Part shown: positions 45,943-45,988 of the stretch, in pieces
Position numbering within the stretch: the stretch's first letter is position 1
How the letters are laid out: each line of letters starts with the position of its first letter
Virus record (IMG/VR): IMGVR_UViG_3300034147_000018
Span: 1 to 45,988 of that record
From: a virus
Lineage: Duplodnaviria; Caudoviricetes
Reading direction: 5' to 3' (one strand)
DNA length: 45,988 nucleotides
The notes under the pieces: generated by a model
The model's input: only the letters and a program-made list of their open reading frames with translations
Told to the model about the DNA's origin: nothing
Database searches by the model: none
Program-made: the position numbers and the translations under genes

Positions 45943-45988
45943 TTTACCGGGGCTTGTCCGACGTGGGCAGGCCCCGACTTTATTGGAG
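45836..45988. repeat. Terminal direct repeat, right copy
   Basis: matches 1-153 with one mismatch. Confidence 0.95.

Noticed and set aside
1-45988. Stop-codon reassignment, DGR/retron, integrase, tRNA
   Set aside because: Core genes are intact in the standard code, with TAG/TGA/TAA all used as stops; no reverse transcriptase, recombinase or cloverleaf recognised by eye

Overview
This window looks like a complete, circularly assembled ~45.8 kb podovirus-like dsDNA phage genome: bases 1-153 repeat at 45836-45988 with one mismatch. The + strand arm (about 41.1 kb, through the join, to 12.0 kb) holds early and replication genes. These include a GIY-YIG nuclease, an SNF2 helicase, many small ORFs, a Cas4-like nuclease/Sak4-like ATPase/SSB recombination module, a ParB-HTH-DNA methyltransferase fusion, a UDG-DNA polymerase A fusion and a DUF3987-like ATPase. 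The - strand arm (39.2 to 12.0 kb) holds virion genes: terminase, portal, scaffold, capsid, tail tube and fibres, two clan GH-A glycoside hydrolase-like proteins and three ejection proteins. It also carries a cold-shock protein and an Acb2/Tad1-like protein. A non-coding control region (about 39.2-41.2 kb) contains sigma70 promoters, operator-like palindromes and a mirror-symmetric origin candidate. I recognised no integrase, primase, canonical endolysin, tRNA or CRISPR array. The most interesting observations are: (i) five dispersed GTTC-N7-GAAC parS-like palindromes, one inside the ParB-methyltransferase gene, suggesting a site-loaded sliding methyltransferase; (ii) repeated Flp-prepilin-leader-like (F/L)xxDExG motifs separating modules of the large ejection protein; (iii) the symmetric origin in a genome with no visible primase; and (iv) the candidate anti-CBASS/Thoeris sponge. 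All family calls come from motif recognition by eye, with no database searches.
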